Positions 18,286 through 28,164 of a DNA stretch of 64,000 nt are shown here, in pieces. Each line of letters begins with the position of its first letter. The stretch's first letter is position 1. Made by a program: the position numbers and the translations under genes. This DNA comes from Dehalococcoidia bacterium (GTDB taxonomy: Bacteria > Chloroflexota > Dehalococcoidia > Lucifugimonadales > CAJWER01). The notes below the pieces were generated by a model. It did no database searches. It worked only from the letters and a program-made list of their open reading frames with translations, and was not told where the DNA came from. The stretch lies in assembly GCA_034420735.1 (NCBI GenBank), contig DAOULA010000058.1, positions 13,154 through 77,153 on the forward strand. The letters are read 5' to 3'.

Positions 18286-19413
18286 CTACCCGGCCCCCTG
18301 CTCTCGCCCCGATTCGCCCACGCCGTTCGAGGAGGCGTGGGCAACGCTGCCGTTCACGCCACCTGGCCCTTCGATGGGCGGGTTCGTGAAGTGCAGCAGG
18401 TACTCGAAGGTCGTGCCCATGGTGATGTAGTTACTCGGCCAGCCGAAGATGCCGACCCGGTTCACGATGTTGGTGCGGTCCCAGATTATTGTGTTGCGGA
18501 ACTCGTAGCCCGCCTTCCTGAGGGCCTCGACGACCGATATGTGGATCGTGACGCGCTCGCCCTCCCACCACATGTCCGGCACGTTCACCACGCAGTGGCC
18601 CCCCGGCTTCAGGACCTTCCGAATACCGCCGAAGATGGAGCGCATGGCCTCAGAGTACTCGTCTAGCGGCATGGTGCCCAGGTCGCGAGGGTCCTGGGAG
18701 TACTGCTCGACTGCCCCCAGCTGCTCGTTCTTGCGGTCGCGGCGCGACTTGTTCCGCCTCTGCCTGTTCAGCAGGTTCGCGTACGGCGGCGACGTCAGCA
18801 CCAGCGACACGCTGCCGGGCTCCAGGTACTCGGCAACGCTGGATGCGTCGTCCTGCACGGCCACTTGGGCAGTGCTCGTAAACAGCCCCGCGCCTCCAAG
18901 CCGGGACTCCGAGAGGTCGACGTACCCGGCGTGAAGGTCGAAGCCCACGGCGTTGCGATTCGTGTCCTGGGCGGCCACGAGGGCCGTGCCGCTGCCCACG
19001 AACGGGTCGAGCACCAGCTCGCCCTCGTGGGTGAACAGCTCGATCACCTTAGTCGCCAGGGAGATGGGGAAGGTCGCGGGGTGCAGCTTCTTGTCGCGGA
19101 TGTCCCGGCCCTGGTAGTTGAACTGCCACACGCCTAGCTGGCTCTTCAGCCACTCCTTGGCCGTCAGGCAGTTCAGGTGGTTGGGCTTGCACTCGCACAG
19201 CCGCCCGCCGCCGATAGGCAGGCGCGTCCGGTATAGACCGCTGCCATCCCTGACCGCACGCGGCAGCCCTTGGCTCGCCAGCGTCTCGGCAGCCCCATCT
19301 GAGGCACCGGTCGCCCGCCCGTCCGTTATGGTGTCGCCCATGGGGTTCCCATCCTGCTTCAGGTGCATTGTATACCCAAGCCCGCCGCCCGCGCCCTTGC
19401 TGGACTCCGGCAT
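18286..19413 (-). CDS. DNA methyltransferase (N6-adenine or N4-cytosine type), no cognate nuclease nearby
   Basis: The SAM-binding motif DPFVGSGT is followed by the catalytic SPPY motif. The start is taken at MPESSKG (19413), and the track ORF extension to 19782 does not look like protein. The stop TAG directly abuts the polA ATG. Confidence 0.8.
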   Translation of the reverse strand: MPESSKGAGGGLGYTMHLKQDGNPMGDTITDGRATGASDGAAETLASQGLPRAVRDGSGLYRTRLPIGGGRLCECKPNHLNCLTAKEWLKSQLGVWQFNYQGRDIRDKKLHPATFPISLATKVIELFTHEGELVLDPFVGSGTALVAAQDTNRNAVGFDLHAGYVDLSESRLGGAGLFTSTAQVAVQDDASSVAEYLEPGSVSLVLTSPPYANLLNRQRRNKSRRDRKNEQLGAVEQYSQDPRDLGTMPLDEYSEAMRSIFGGIRKVLKPGGHCVVNVPDMWWEGERVTIHISVVEALRKAGYEFRNTIIWDRTNIVNRVGIFGWPSNYITMGTTFEYLLHFTNPPIEGPGGVNGSVAHASSNGVGESGREQGAG

Positions 19414-19724
19414 CTCAACTACCCAACTGCCCCTTGACAAGCATAGCACATTCGTACTACTATAGTCTCGGTAGGAAGGGGAGAAGATGAGCCCGAGCCC
19501 CTCCGGGTCCGCTCGCCGTCGGGATGGAGCGGGCCCGTGGTGTTTACAAAGCGCCTTCGAGGTCAAGCACGGCAACTCGTCCGGAGCCGTAACTGTAGCG
19601 TCTACCCCCTTTCCGGGTGCGGGTATATCCGTATTGCCGTCGCACACCCTTTGGCTGAGCAGCAAGGTCACTGGGTCTGCGGAAATTGTTGATAGAGGGC
19701 GGCGAACTGCCGCCGCTTCAGAGA

Positions 19725-19852
19725 CCGGAGCGCGTCTCCCAGGGATCCGTTGACTATCGCAGTGTGTGATCAAACCGCCCACTCAAAGTGGGCACGGTCG
19801 AACATTCCGGCTCCGCGAGGCAGCGGGCCAACCTGACAGAGACGCGCTCCGG
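19725..19852. repeat. 14-bp perfect inverted repeat closing a 100-nt loop inside a non-coding spacer
   Basis: ccggagcgcgtctc (19725-19738) and gagacgcgctccgg (19839-19852) are perfect complements. The loop contains the hairpin GCCCAC-tcaaa-GTGGGC (19777-19793). Confidence 0.6.
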
Positions 19853-20059
19853 CCCCATCGAAAGAAGAACCGAGAGTACCGACAGAAAAGACGAAGCTAG
19901 GTAGAGGCGAGACACAAGGAGAAGCTGGCGAGACGAGATACAATCGAATATAGCCTGGTGATCGGTGGCCCCGCAGGCCTCCGGCGCTGATATCTGGCCT
20001 GGACGTCGCTTGCGTCCTGTGCCGGATAAAGACGGGCAGGAGGTGAGGGCAGCGTGCCG

Positions 20060-21901
20060 CTAGACGACCCGGCGGTCGGCCCGCAGCCACTCTCCGCGAA
20101 GCTCCGCGCTTAGCACATGGCCGCAGCGATCCAGGATTGCGTCGCCCAGGGCCGCGGCCTCCGTGTCGACGATGGCCTGCGTGTCTTCGAGCGACGCGCT
20201 AGCTGGGGCGTAGTGCTGCACGTAGATTTTCAGCTTGGGCTCGGTGCCTGAGGGCCTGACGGTGACGCGCGTCCGGCGGTCTTCGGACAGGTACAGCGTC
20301 ACGATGTCGGCCGCTCCGCCCATGCGGTATGCGTCCGGCGCCCGCGCGGTCTCGTCCAGCCTGTCGTCCATACCGGTTACCGCCATCCCGACCAGGCTCG
20401 GCGGAGGGCCCGCTCGCAGGCCCAGCATCACCTCGGTCATCACGTCGCGCCCGGAGCTGCCTGGCAGCTCGACGAGCAGCAGCGCGTTCCTGTAGTAGCC
20501 GTACTCGCGGTAGATCTCGTCGAGGTACATCGGCACCGTCGCGCCCCTGTCCTTGAGGTGCGACGCCATCTCGCACACGAGCAGTGCGCCTATGGCCGCG
20601 TCCTTGTCGCGCACGAAGTCGCCCGCCAGGTAGCCCAGGCTCTCCTCCGCCGCGAACACGAACCGCGACGGGTCGTCCAGCCCGCCGATGACCTGGGCGA
20701 TGAACTTGAACCCGACCAGCAGGTCGTCCACCGGCTCCAGGCCGAAACTGCGGGCTACGTCCGCGATCAGCCCGGTCGTCACCAGCGTCTCGATCACCAC
20801 CTCGTCGCCGCGCAGTTCGCCCGCGTCCCTGCGGCGCGAGAGGATGTGGTGGGTCAGCGCCGCGCCCACCTGGTTGCCCGTCAGGGCGCGGACCCCTGCG
20901 GCCTCCAAGTCCGTCCTGGCCGCGACGCCGATGCGGTCCGCGTCCGGGTCGGCGCATATGGCGATGTCTGCTCCTACCTGCTCCGCGAGCCTTACCGGCA
21001 GCGCCATCACCTCGGCGAACTCCGGGTTGATGAGGTCGCCCGCCGCGGTCGGGAAGCCCTCGTCGGGCTCCGCCTGCTCCGGCACCACGGTCACTTCGAA
21101 CCCCTCGGCACGCAGCACCGGCAGGACGTTGGTCGAGCCCGCGCCGTGCATAGGGCTGAACACGACCTTCGCCGACCTGCTCTCCTCAGCGGCCAGGCCC
21201 CGAACGGCGCCCAGGTACGCCTCGTCGACGCCTGCGCCTATGGTCGACACGAGCCCGTTTGACCTCGCCCGGGCCAGCCCCATGCGGCGCACCTCGTCGA
21301 CGTCCGTGACGAGCTGCATGAATCGCGCGTCGTGGGGCGGCACCACCTGCCCGCCGTCGGACCAGTAGAACTTGAACCCGTTGTCGGTCCGCGGGTTGTG
21401 CGACGCCGTGATCTGTACACCGGCCGTTGCCCCCAGGTGGCGCACGGCAAAGGACACCTCCGGTGTGGAGCGCAGGCCGTCGAACAGGTGCGACCTTATG
21501 CCGTTGGCCGCGAACACCTCGCACGACAGCTCGGCGAACTCCCTGGACTGCCTGCGGGCCTCGTGGCCCACCACGACGCCCGCCTCCCTCGCGTCTGCCC
21601 CGTAGTCGTCGATGAAGGCGCTCAGAGCCTGGGCCGCCTCGCCGATGGTGCGGGCGTTGATGCGGTTGGGGCCCGGGCCGAGCGGGCCTCGTATGCCGCC
21701 CGTGCCGACCCTGAGCCTGGAGGCGAAGGCGTCCTCGATCTCGTCCCAGCGTTCGTCCGCTGCCAGGGTCTCGATCTCAGGGACGAAGGCCGAAAGGCCG
21801 GGGTCTGTCAGCCAGCGGTCGAGATTGGCGAGGGCGGCCGGACTCAGCCTGCCTGAGGATGCAGCCGTGTCGAGTACCCGTTTGGCGGTGCGGCCAGCCA
21901 T
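20060..21901 (-). CDS. alpha-D-phosphohexomutase family protein (phosphoglucomutase/phosphomannomutase)
   Basis: It has the active-site loop TASHNP (QITASHNPRTDNGFKFY) and a Mg-binding DPDADR segment. Confidence 0.9.
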   Translation of the reverse strand: MAGRTAKRVLDTAASSGRLSPAALANLDRWLTDPGLSAFVPEIETLAADERWDEIEDAFASRLRVGTGGIRGPLGPGPNRINARTIGEAAQALSAFIDDYGADAREAGVVVGHEARRQSREFAELSCEVFAANGIRSHLFDGLRSTPEVSFAVRHLGATAGVQITASHNPRTDNGFKFYWSDGGQVVPPHDARFMQLVTDVDEVRRMGLARARSNGLVSTIGAGVDEAYLGAVRGLAAEESRSAKVVFSPMHGAGSTNVLPVLRAEGFEVTVVPEQAEPDEGFPTAAGDLINPEFAEVMALPVRLAEQVGADIAICADPDADRIGVAARTDLEAAGVRALTGNQVGAALTHHILSRRRDAGELRGDEVVIETLVTTGLIADVARSFGLEPVDDLLVGFKFIAQVIGGLDDPSRFVFAAEESLGYLAGDFVRDKDAAIGALLVCEMASHLKDRGATVPMYLDEIYREYGYYRNALLLVELPGSSGRDVMTEVMLGLRAGPPPSLVGMAVTGMDDRLDETARAPDAYRMGGAADIVTLYLSEDRRTRVTVRPSGTEPKLKIYVQHYAPASASLEDTQAIVDTEAAALGDAILDRCGHVLSAELRGEWLRADRRVV

Positions 21902-21916
21902 GCCGGACGCCGGCCC

Positions 21917-23143
21917 CTAGCGACCGCCGGCGCGTCCCCAGTCCTCGCGAATGGCCTCCGCCCTGTCGGTCCGCTCCCACGGAAGGTCCAGGTCGTCGCG
22001 TCCGAAGTGGCCGTAGGCGGCGGTCTGCTTGTAGATCGGCGCCCTCAACCCCAGGTCACGGATGATCGCGCCCGGGCGCAGGTCGAAGTGCTTGTCCGCC
22101 AGCTCGACGATGACGTCGTCCGGCGCATGGTTCGTACCGAAGGTCTCGATGGACACGGACATGGGCTTCGCCATTCCGATGGCGTACGAGACCTGAATCT
22201 CCAGCCTGTCGGCCAGCCCGGCCGCCACCAGGTTCTTGGCGACCCACCTCGCGGCGTAGGCCGCCGAGCGGTCGACCTTCGTCGGGTCCTTCCCGGAGAA
22301 CGCGCCGCCGCCGTGCCTGGCCATGCCGCCGTACGTGTCGACCAGGATCTTGCGCCCGGTCAGCCCGGCGTCGCCCTTGGGGCCGCCTATCACGAACCGG
22401 CCGGACGGGTTGACGTGGTACTTGGTGTCGTCGTCGAGCAGGTCTGCCGGGATGGCGGCGGCCGCCACGTGCTCGATGAGCTTGCTCTCGATCGTCTCCT
22501 GGCTCACGTCGGGGGAGTGCTGCGTGCTCAGCACCACCGTGTCGACCCTCTTCGGTTTGCCGTACGCGTACTCGACGGTAACCTGCGACTTGCCGTCGGG
22601 CCGCATGAAAGGAAGGAGGCCAGATTTCCTGACCTCCGCCATGCGTCTGGTGAGCCTGTGCGACAGGGCGATCGGCATGGGCATCAGCTCGCCGGTCTCG
22701 TTGCAGGCGTAGCCGACCATCATCCCCTGGTCGCCTGCGCCGAGCATCTCGATGGCCGCGTCGCTCGCGTCCACCTCGCCCCTGACCTCCAGCGCAACGT
22801 CCACGCCGCCCGCGATGTCGCTCGACTGCCGGTTCAGCGACACGATAACCGCGCACGACTCGTGGTCGAAGCCGTACTCGGAGTCCGTGTAACCGGCGTC
22901 CCTGATCGTGCTCCGCACGAGGTCCGGCACGTCGATGCGGGCCTCCGTGGTTATCTCTCCCAGGACGACCACCAGCCCGGTCGTCGTGCACGCCTCGCAG
23001 GCCACGCGCCCCTCGGGGTCCTGGGCCAGGATGGCGTCGAGCACTGCGTCGGAGACCTGGTCGCACAGCTTGTCGGGGTGACCCTCCGTCACCGATTCCG
23101 AAGTGAACAGGTACTTGGGCGACTCGCTAAGGCTGTACGGCAC
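21917..23143 (-). CDS. metK: S-adenosylmethionine synthetase
   Basis: It has [15 protein letters not shown] and GGGAFSGKD motifs. The GTG start at 23143 lies 6 nt after GGAGGA, and the track ORF extends to 23185. Confidence 0.95.
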   Translation of the reverse strand: MPYSLSESPKYLFTSESVTEGHPDKLCDQVSDAVLDAILAQDPEGRVACEACTTTGLVVVLGEITTEARIDVPDLVRSTIRDAGYTDSEYGFDHESCAVIVSLNRQSSDIAGGVDVALEVRGEVDASDAAIEMLGAGDQGMMVGYACNETGELMPMPIALSHRLTRRMAEVRKSGLLPFMRPDGKSQVTVEYAYGKPKRVDTVVLSTQHSPDVSQETIESKLIEHVAAAAIPADLLDDDTKYHVNPSGRFVIGGPKGDAGLTGRKILVDTYGGMARHGGGAFSGKDPTKVDRSAAYAARWVAKNLVAAGLADRLEIQVSYAIGMAKPMSVSIETFGTNHAPDDVIVELADKHFDLRPGAIIRDLGLRAPIYKQTAAYGHFGRDDLDLPWERTDRAEAIREDWGRAGGR

Positions 23144-23185
23144 TTCTATTCCTCCATCGTCTCTAGGGTGTTCGGCCTTGCACAT

Positions 23186-23213
23186 CCGTCATTCCCGCGA
23201 GGGCGGGAATCCA
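23186..23213 (+). repeat. dispersed hairpin repeat, family B
   Basis: The sequence ccgtcattcccgcgagggcgggaatcca matches 26 of 28 nt of the copy at 8598-8625. It lies between the ahcY stop and the metK start. Confidence 0.7.
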
Positions 23214-23255
23214 GAGTGGCGGCGGGCGGTTTGGCTTACGCCGTTTTCTATCCCA

Positions 23256-24539
<1,284 letters not shown>

Positions 24540-25541
24540 CTACCGGCCACGCGTGCCGGGCAGCGACTCGCCCTCGCCTAGCGGGGCGAACGCAGTTATG
24601 TCCGTAAGCGTCCTGAACCGTCCCTCGATGTCGTCGCGCTCCAAAGAGCATACACGGTCGAGGCTGAAGCTCTCCACCGCGAACGACCCCATTACGGTAC
24701 CCACGATGGCGGCCCTGCGGAACCCCGAGGGGCTGAGGTCGCCGGTCGCCGCGAGGTATCCCACGAACCCGCCGGCAAAGCAGTCGCCGGCCCCCGTGGG
24801 GTCGACCACGCCATCCACCGGGTGCGCCGGAGCCGCGAACAGGCCCGACTCCTGCACCAGCAGGACCCCGTGCTCGCCCCGCTTGGCGACCACGACCGCC
24901 GGGCCCATCTCCATGATACGCCGGGCGGCCGCGAGCAGGTTCGCCTCGCCCGAGAAGCTCCGCACCTCAGTCTCGTCCATGAAAAGCACGTCGACTTCGC
25001 TCACGACCCTGTCGAGGGCCTCCCTGCTGCCGTCGATCCAGAAGTTCATCGTGTCCAGCGCGACCAGCCTGGGCCTATCGGCCATCTGGTCGAGCACGGA
25101 CATCTGCAGCTCGGGGTCGTTGTTGGCCAGGAACAGGTAGCCCTGGTTGCGGTGGGCGTCGCTCAGTCTTGGCGCGAAACCGGCCAGGACGTTGAGCTGG
25201 GTGTCCAGCGTGTCCCTCGTGTTCACGTCTTCCGCGCCGTACACGCCGGACCACCTGAAGGTCCTGCCCTGCTTGGTTTCAAGGCCCGACAGGTCGACGC
25301 CGTGGGACTCCAGCAACGTAACGTGGGCCGGGTCGAAGTCGTCGCCTACCACGGCGATCAGCCCGACGTCCGTGAAGTAGCTGCCGGCCACCGAGAAGTA
25401 GGCGACCGAACCGCCCAGGGCCTCCTCGCGGCGTCCCGCCGGGGTCTGTACGGTGTCGTAGGCGACCGTGCCCACCGCCAGCACGGCGCCAGGCAGTCCG
25501 GGGCGGAAGCGCCCGTCTGAGCTCGAAGGGGAGTCTGTCAC
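24540..25541 (-). CDS. PfkB-family carbohydrate/nucleoside kinase (probable adenosine kinase by context)
   Basis: It has the PfkB C-terminal motif DPTGAGDCFAGG. It sits between ahcY and mtnP. Confidence 0.75.
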   Translation of the reverse strand: MTDSPSSSDGRFRPGLPGAVLAVGTVAYDTVQTPAGRREEALGGSVAYFSVAGSYFTDVGLIAVVGDDFDPAHVTLLESHGVDLSGLETKQGRTFRWSGVYGAEDVNTRDTLDTQLNVLAGFAPRLSDAHRNQGYLFLANNDPELQMSVLDQMADRPRLVALDTMNFWIDGSREALDRVVSEVDVLFMDETEVRSFSGEANLLAAARRIMEMGPAVVVAKRGEHGVLLVQESGLFAAPAHPVDGVVDPTGAGDCFAGGFVGYLAATGDLSPSGFRRAAIVGTVMGSFAVESFSLDRVCSLERDDIEGRFRTLTDITAFAPLGEGESLPGTRGR

Positions 25542-25542
25542 C

Positions 25543-25896
25543 CTATTCGTCGGAGCCGTAGCTGGCCGGGAGGCCGCGCTCTATCCACGCCTCCGCGCCG
25601 TCCTCGATGTTGAACAGCCTCTCCGTGTCGAACCCCATCGCCGCGGCCATCTCGCAGGCCAGGCCGCTGCGTACGCCCTGCGCGCAGATGAACAGCAGGT
25701 TCTTGTCGTCAGGGAGCTCGTCGATCCGCGCCAGCACGTCGTCGACCGGAATGAATACGGCACCCTTGACGTGCCCGGCCTCGTACTCGTCGTCCCTCCG
25801 CACGTCCACGACCACCGACTCGCCGGCTTCGTACATCTCGCCGGCCTCGTCCAGGCTGACGCGGTAGTAGGGCTCACCTTGTTCACGTCTGGGCAT
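25543..25896 (-). CDS. rhodanese-domain protein (single-domain sulfurtransferase)
   Basis: It has the active-site loop CAQGVRS. The ATG at 25896 lies 5 nt after GGAGG, and the track ORF starts 12 nt earlier at 25908. Confidence 0.8.
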   Translation of the reverse strand: MPRREQGEPYYRVSLDEAGEMYEAGESVVVDVRRDDEYEAGHVKGAVFIPVDDVLARIDELPDDKNLLFICAQGVRSGLACEMAAAMGFDTERLFNIEDGAEAWIERGLPASYGSDE

Positions 25897-26770
25897 CGGC
25901 ACCTCCATGCGGCTCCACGTACCGGCCTATCAGGGCCGACAGCCGCGCTCTCGTTTCATTCCCGATCAGCTCGGGACTAGTAATTATCGCATTCTCCAGG
26001 GCCGATGCGCATCCACAACTTCGCTCGGAAGGGACCTCAGGCACGAGAGAGCGGACAACCCGGCGTGACGCGTCGACGTTCTTCAGCAGGTTCTGGACCA
26101 CAAGCTCGACCGAGACCTGCTCCTCCGTCTCGTGCCACGTGTCGTAGTCGGTGACCAGTGCGAGGGTCGCGTAGCACATCTCGGCCTCGCGGGCCAGCCT
26201 GGCCTCAGGCAGGGCCGTCATGCCAATGATCGCCGCGCTCCAGGAGCGGAATAGCTCCGACTCCGCCCGTGTCGAGAACTGCGGGCCCTCGATCACAACG
26301 CATGCGCCGCCCCTGTGCGCCGTAGCCTCGCCCGACGCGGCCTCCCACACGGCATGACCCAGGACCGGGCAGTAGGGCTCGGCGAAAGCGGTGTGCACGA
26401 CGATGCCCTCGTCGAAGAAAGTGCTGGGCCGCCCCCGGGTGCGGTCGATAAGCTGGTCCGGCACGACCATGTCCAGCGGCCTGATCCGCTCCTGCAGGCT
26501 GCCGACCGCACTGATGGACACGACCCGCTCGACTCCCAGGAGCTTCAGCGCGTAGATGTTGGCGCGCGCCGGAAGGTTGCTGGGGGAGATCCTGTGGCCG
26601 CGCCCGTGCCTCGGCAGGAAGGCGACCCTCTCGCCCGACAGATTCCCGACGACGATGCTGTCGCTCGGGGCGCCGAACGGGGTGTCCACGTCCACGGCCT
26701 GGGGCCCCTCGAGGCCGTCCATCTCATACAGGCCGGACCCGCCGATGAACCCGATTCGCGCCGTACTCAA
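25883..26770 (-). CDS. mtnP: S-methyl-5'-thioadenosine phosphorylase
   Basis: It has IGFIGGSGLY and FLPRHGRGH motifs. The TTG start overlaps the stop of the upstream gene (TTGA). Confidence 0.9.
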   Translation of the reverse strand: MSTARIGFIGGSGLYEMDGLEGPQAVDVDTPFGAPSDSIVVGNLSGERVAFLPRHGRGHRISPSNLPARANIYALKLLGVERVVSISAVGSLQERIRPLDMVVPDQLIDRTRGRPSTFFDEGIVVHTAFAEPYCPVLGHAVWEAASGEATAHRGGACVVIEGPQFSTRAESELFRSWSAAIIGMTALPEARLAREAEMCYATLALVTDYDTWHETEEQVSVELVVQNLLKNVDASRRVVRSLVPEVPSERSCGCASALENAIITSPELIGNETRARLSALIGRYVEPHGGADAQT

Positions 26771-27339
26771 TCGTCGAATATTTCGCTCACCGCACAGGTG
26801 AAACCGGGAAGCGCGTCCAGGCCGTCGAGGGAGTCGTGCTCAGTAAGTGAAGTAACTGCGCGGCCGCTTTGGTAGACGTCCACTGTACGCGTGTCCGGAT
26901 ACACGACCCACACAAGGCGGACCCCGTGGCCGAGCCACATGAAGGCCTTGTCGTTGACCTCCCTGACAGTGTTGCTGGGGGACACGACCTCCACCACAAG
27001 GTCGGGGGGCGTCTCGGCGTAGCCCGTAACCCTCACGCCCGGAGGCATCTTCTCAGCCGAGAAGTACGCTATGTCGGGTTCGCGCACTGTGTCGGGGTCG
27101 CGCTCCAGCCAGACTCCCGAATCCGATCCGACTAGCCTACCCAGCTCTCTGGGCTTGGTGAAGTTCTTCAACTCAGCGCCCAGGTTCATAACTATGGTGC
27201 CATGCTCAATTCCTGCCGGCATCGTTTCGCAAAGCACCCCCCGGATCAGCTCGCCGCGAACGCCCTTGGCGTCGAGTCGCAGCAGGTCGTCGGCGGTCAG
27301 CAGTTTGGTCTTCGTAACCGTGGCGCTCGTCATGTCCAA
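26767..27339 (-). CDS. Uma2 (DUF820) family putative endonuclease
   Basis: It has the family pattern GELIRG...EHG...PDIAYF...PDLVVEVVSPSN. Confidence 0.8.
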   Translation of the reverse strand: MDMTSATVTKTKLLTADDLLRLDAKGVRGELIRGVLCETMPAGIEHGTIVMNLGAELKNFTKPRELGRLVGSDSGVWLERDPDTVREPDIAYFSAEKMPPGVRVTGYAETPPDLVVEVVSPSNTVREVNDKAFMWLGHGVRLVWVVYPDTRTVDVYQSGRAVTSLTEHDSLDGLDALPGFTCAVSEIFDD

Positions 27340-27426
27340 CTCCTCTCATCCGAGAGCCCATGGGCGTTCATATTACACCATCGCACTCTCCCGGCGAGGC
27401 GTCTTCATGTTTGCGGCTTGCCAGGG

Positions 27427-28014
27427 CTACTGGAGCGGGGCTGTGCTGAAGATGACCCGGAACGGCTTGCAGTAGATGACGACTGCGCCCACCGTATCCA
27501 GGTCCGTCTCCGCCGGGATCATGTAGTTCTGGTTGCCGATGTTGCCCTTCAGCTTGCCCAGCTCGACGTAGCCGTCCTGATGCACGTCGTCGCGGCTGCC
27601 TGGGTCGGGGTGCGGCGTGAGTATGACGCGCAGGTCGGGCCCGTTCGTGCCCTTGAAGTCCTCCATCCGCAGGACGCCCGAGCCGTCGGGCAGCCTGTAC
27701 ACCGTGGCCGTCCCTTCGCCCTTGTGGAAGGAGTCAGCGCCCATGAACTGCCCGGTCTTGAGGGCCTCGGCCTCCTTCATCGGCTCCATCATCGGCTCGG
27801 TCATGGGCAAGTCGACCTTGGCCATGGTCGCCATGACCTTCTCGGCCTCGGCCATGGTGACGCCGGCCGGCATCTCCGCGTTGGCGGCGAACGGGAACTC
27901 CTCCTGGACTTCCGTGTCGAGGAACAGGGGCGCCAGCAGCCACCATGCAAATGCCCCACCGGCGATCACTACGACGACCGCAAGTCCTATCCACAACCGC
28001 ATGTTTCCTGCCAT
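27427..28014 (-). CDS. DM13-domain protein with N-terminal membrane anchor
   Basis: It has an N-terminal TM helix and a C-terminal F..H.GEG.A.VY....G..L....F....GPDL.V.L pattern typical of DM13. Confidence 0.65.
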   Translation of the reverse strand: MAGNMRLWIGLAVVVVIAGGAFAWWLLAPLFLDTEVQEEFPFAANAEMPAGVTMAEAEKVMATMAKVDLPMTEPMMEPMKEAEALKTGQFMGADSFHKGEGTATVYRLPDGSGVLRMEDFKGTNGPDLRVILTPHPDPGSRDDVHQDGYVELGKLKGNIGNQNYMIPAETDLDTVGAVVIYCKPFRVIFSTAPLQ

Positions 28015-28095
28015 GGCACACCTCCTACCTATATTCTACCGGTTTGACTAAAGGCTATATTGAGCTACTTGATGCGAGCCCCTGCCGAAAAGTGC

Positions 28096-28131
28096 GTTCG
28101 TCCTGAGCCTGTCGAAGGACAGTACCCCAGT
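28096..28131 (+). repeat. dispersed REP-like repeat, family A (divergent copy)
   Basis: The sequence gttcgtcctgagcctgtcgaaggacagtaccccagt is intergenic. Confidence 0.65.
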
Positions 28132-28164
28132 AGCGAGCTTGAGATAGTCTCTATGCGGGCTAAG

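Noticed and set aside
19414-19782. N-terminal 123-codon extension of the methyltransferase ORF
   Set aside because: The extension (MGGLITHCDSQRIPGRRAP...) has no MTase similarity, atypical composition and lower coding character. An internal ATG at 19413 gives a plausible start, so the extension is treated as part of the non-coding spacer.
19414-20059. Checked the long spacer for RNase P RNA, tmRNA, SRP RNA, 6S RNA and group II intron domain V
   Set aside because: The hallmark strings were not found on either strand: GGAAAGUCCGGGC for RNase P, the GGGG...UUCGAC 5' end and the tRNA-like 3' end of tmRNA, and the 34-nt domain V hairpin after GAGCCGUA. The region is kept only as an unclassified candidate.
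23144-23255. Possible SAM riboswitch upstream of metK
   Set aside because: The 112-nt gap is mostly the family B hairpin repeat. No SAM-I, SAM-II or SAM-IV-like conserved cores are visible.
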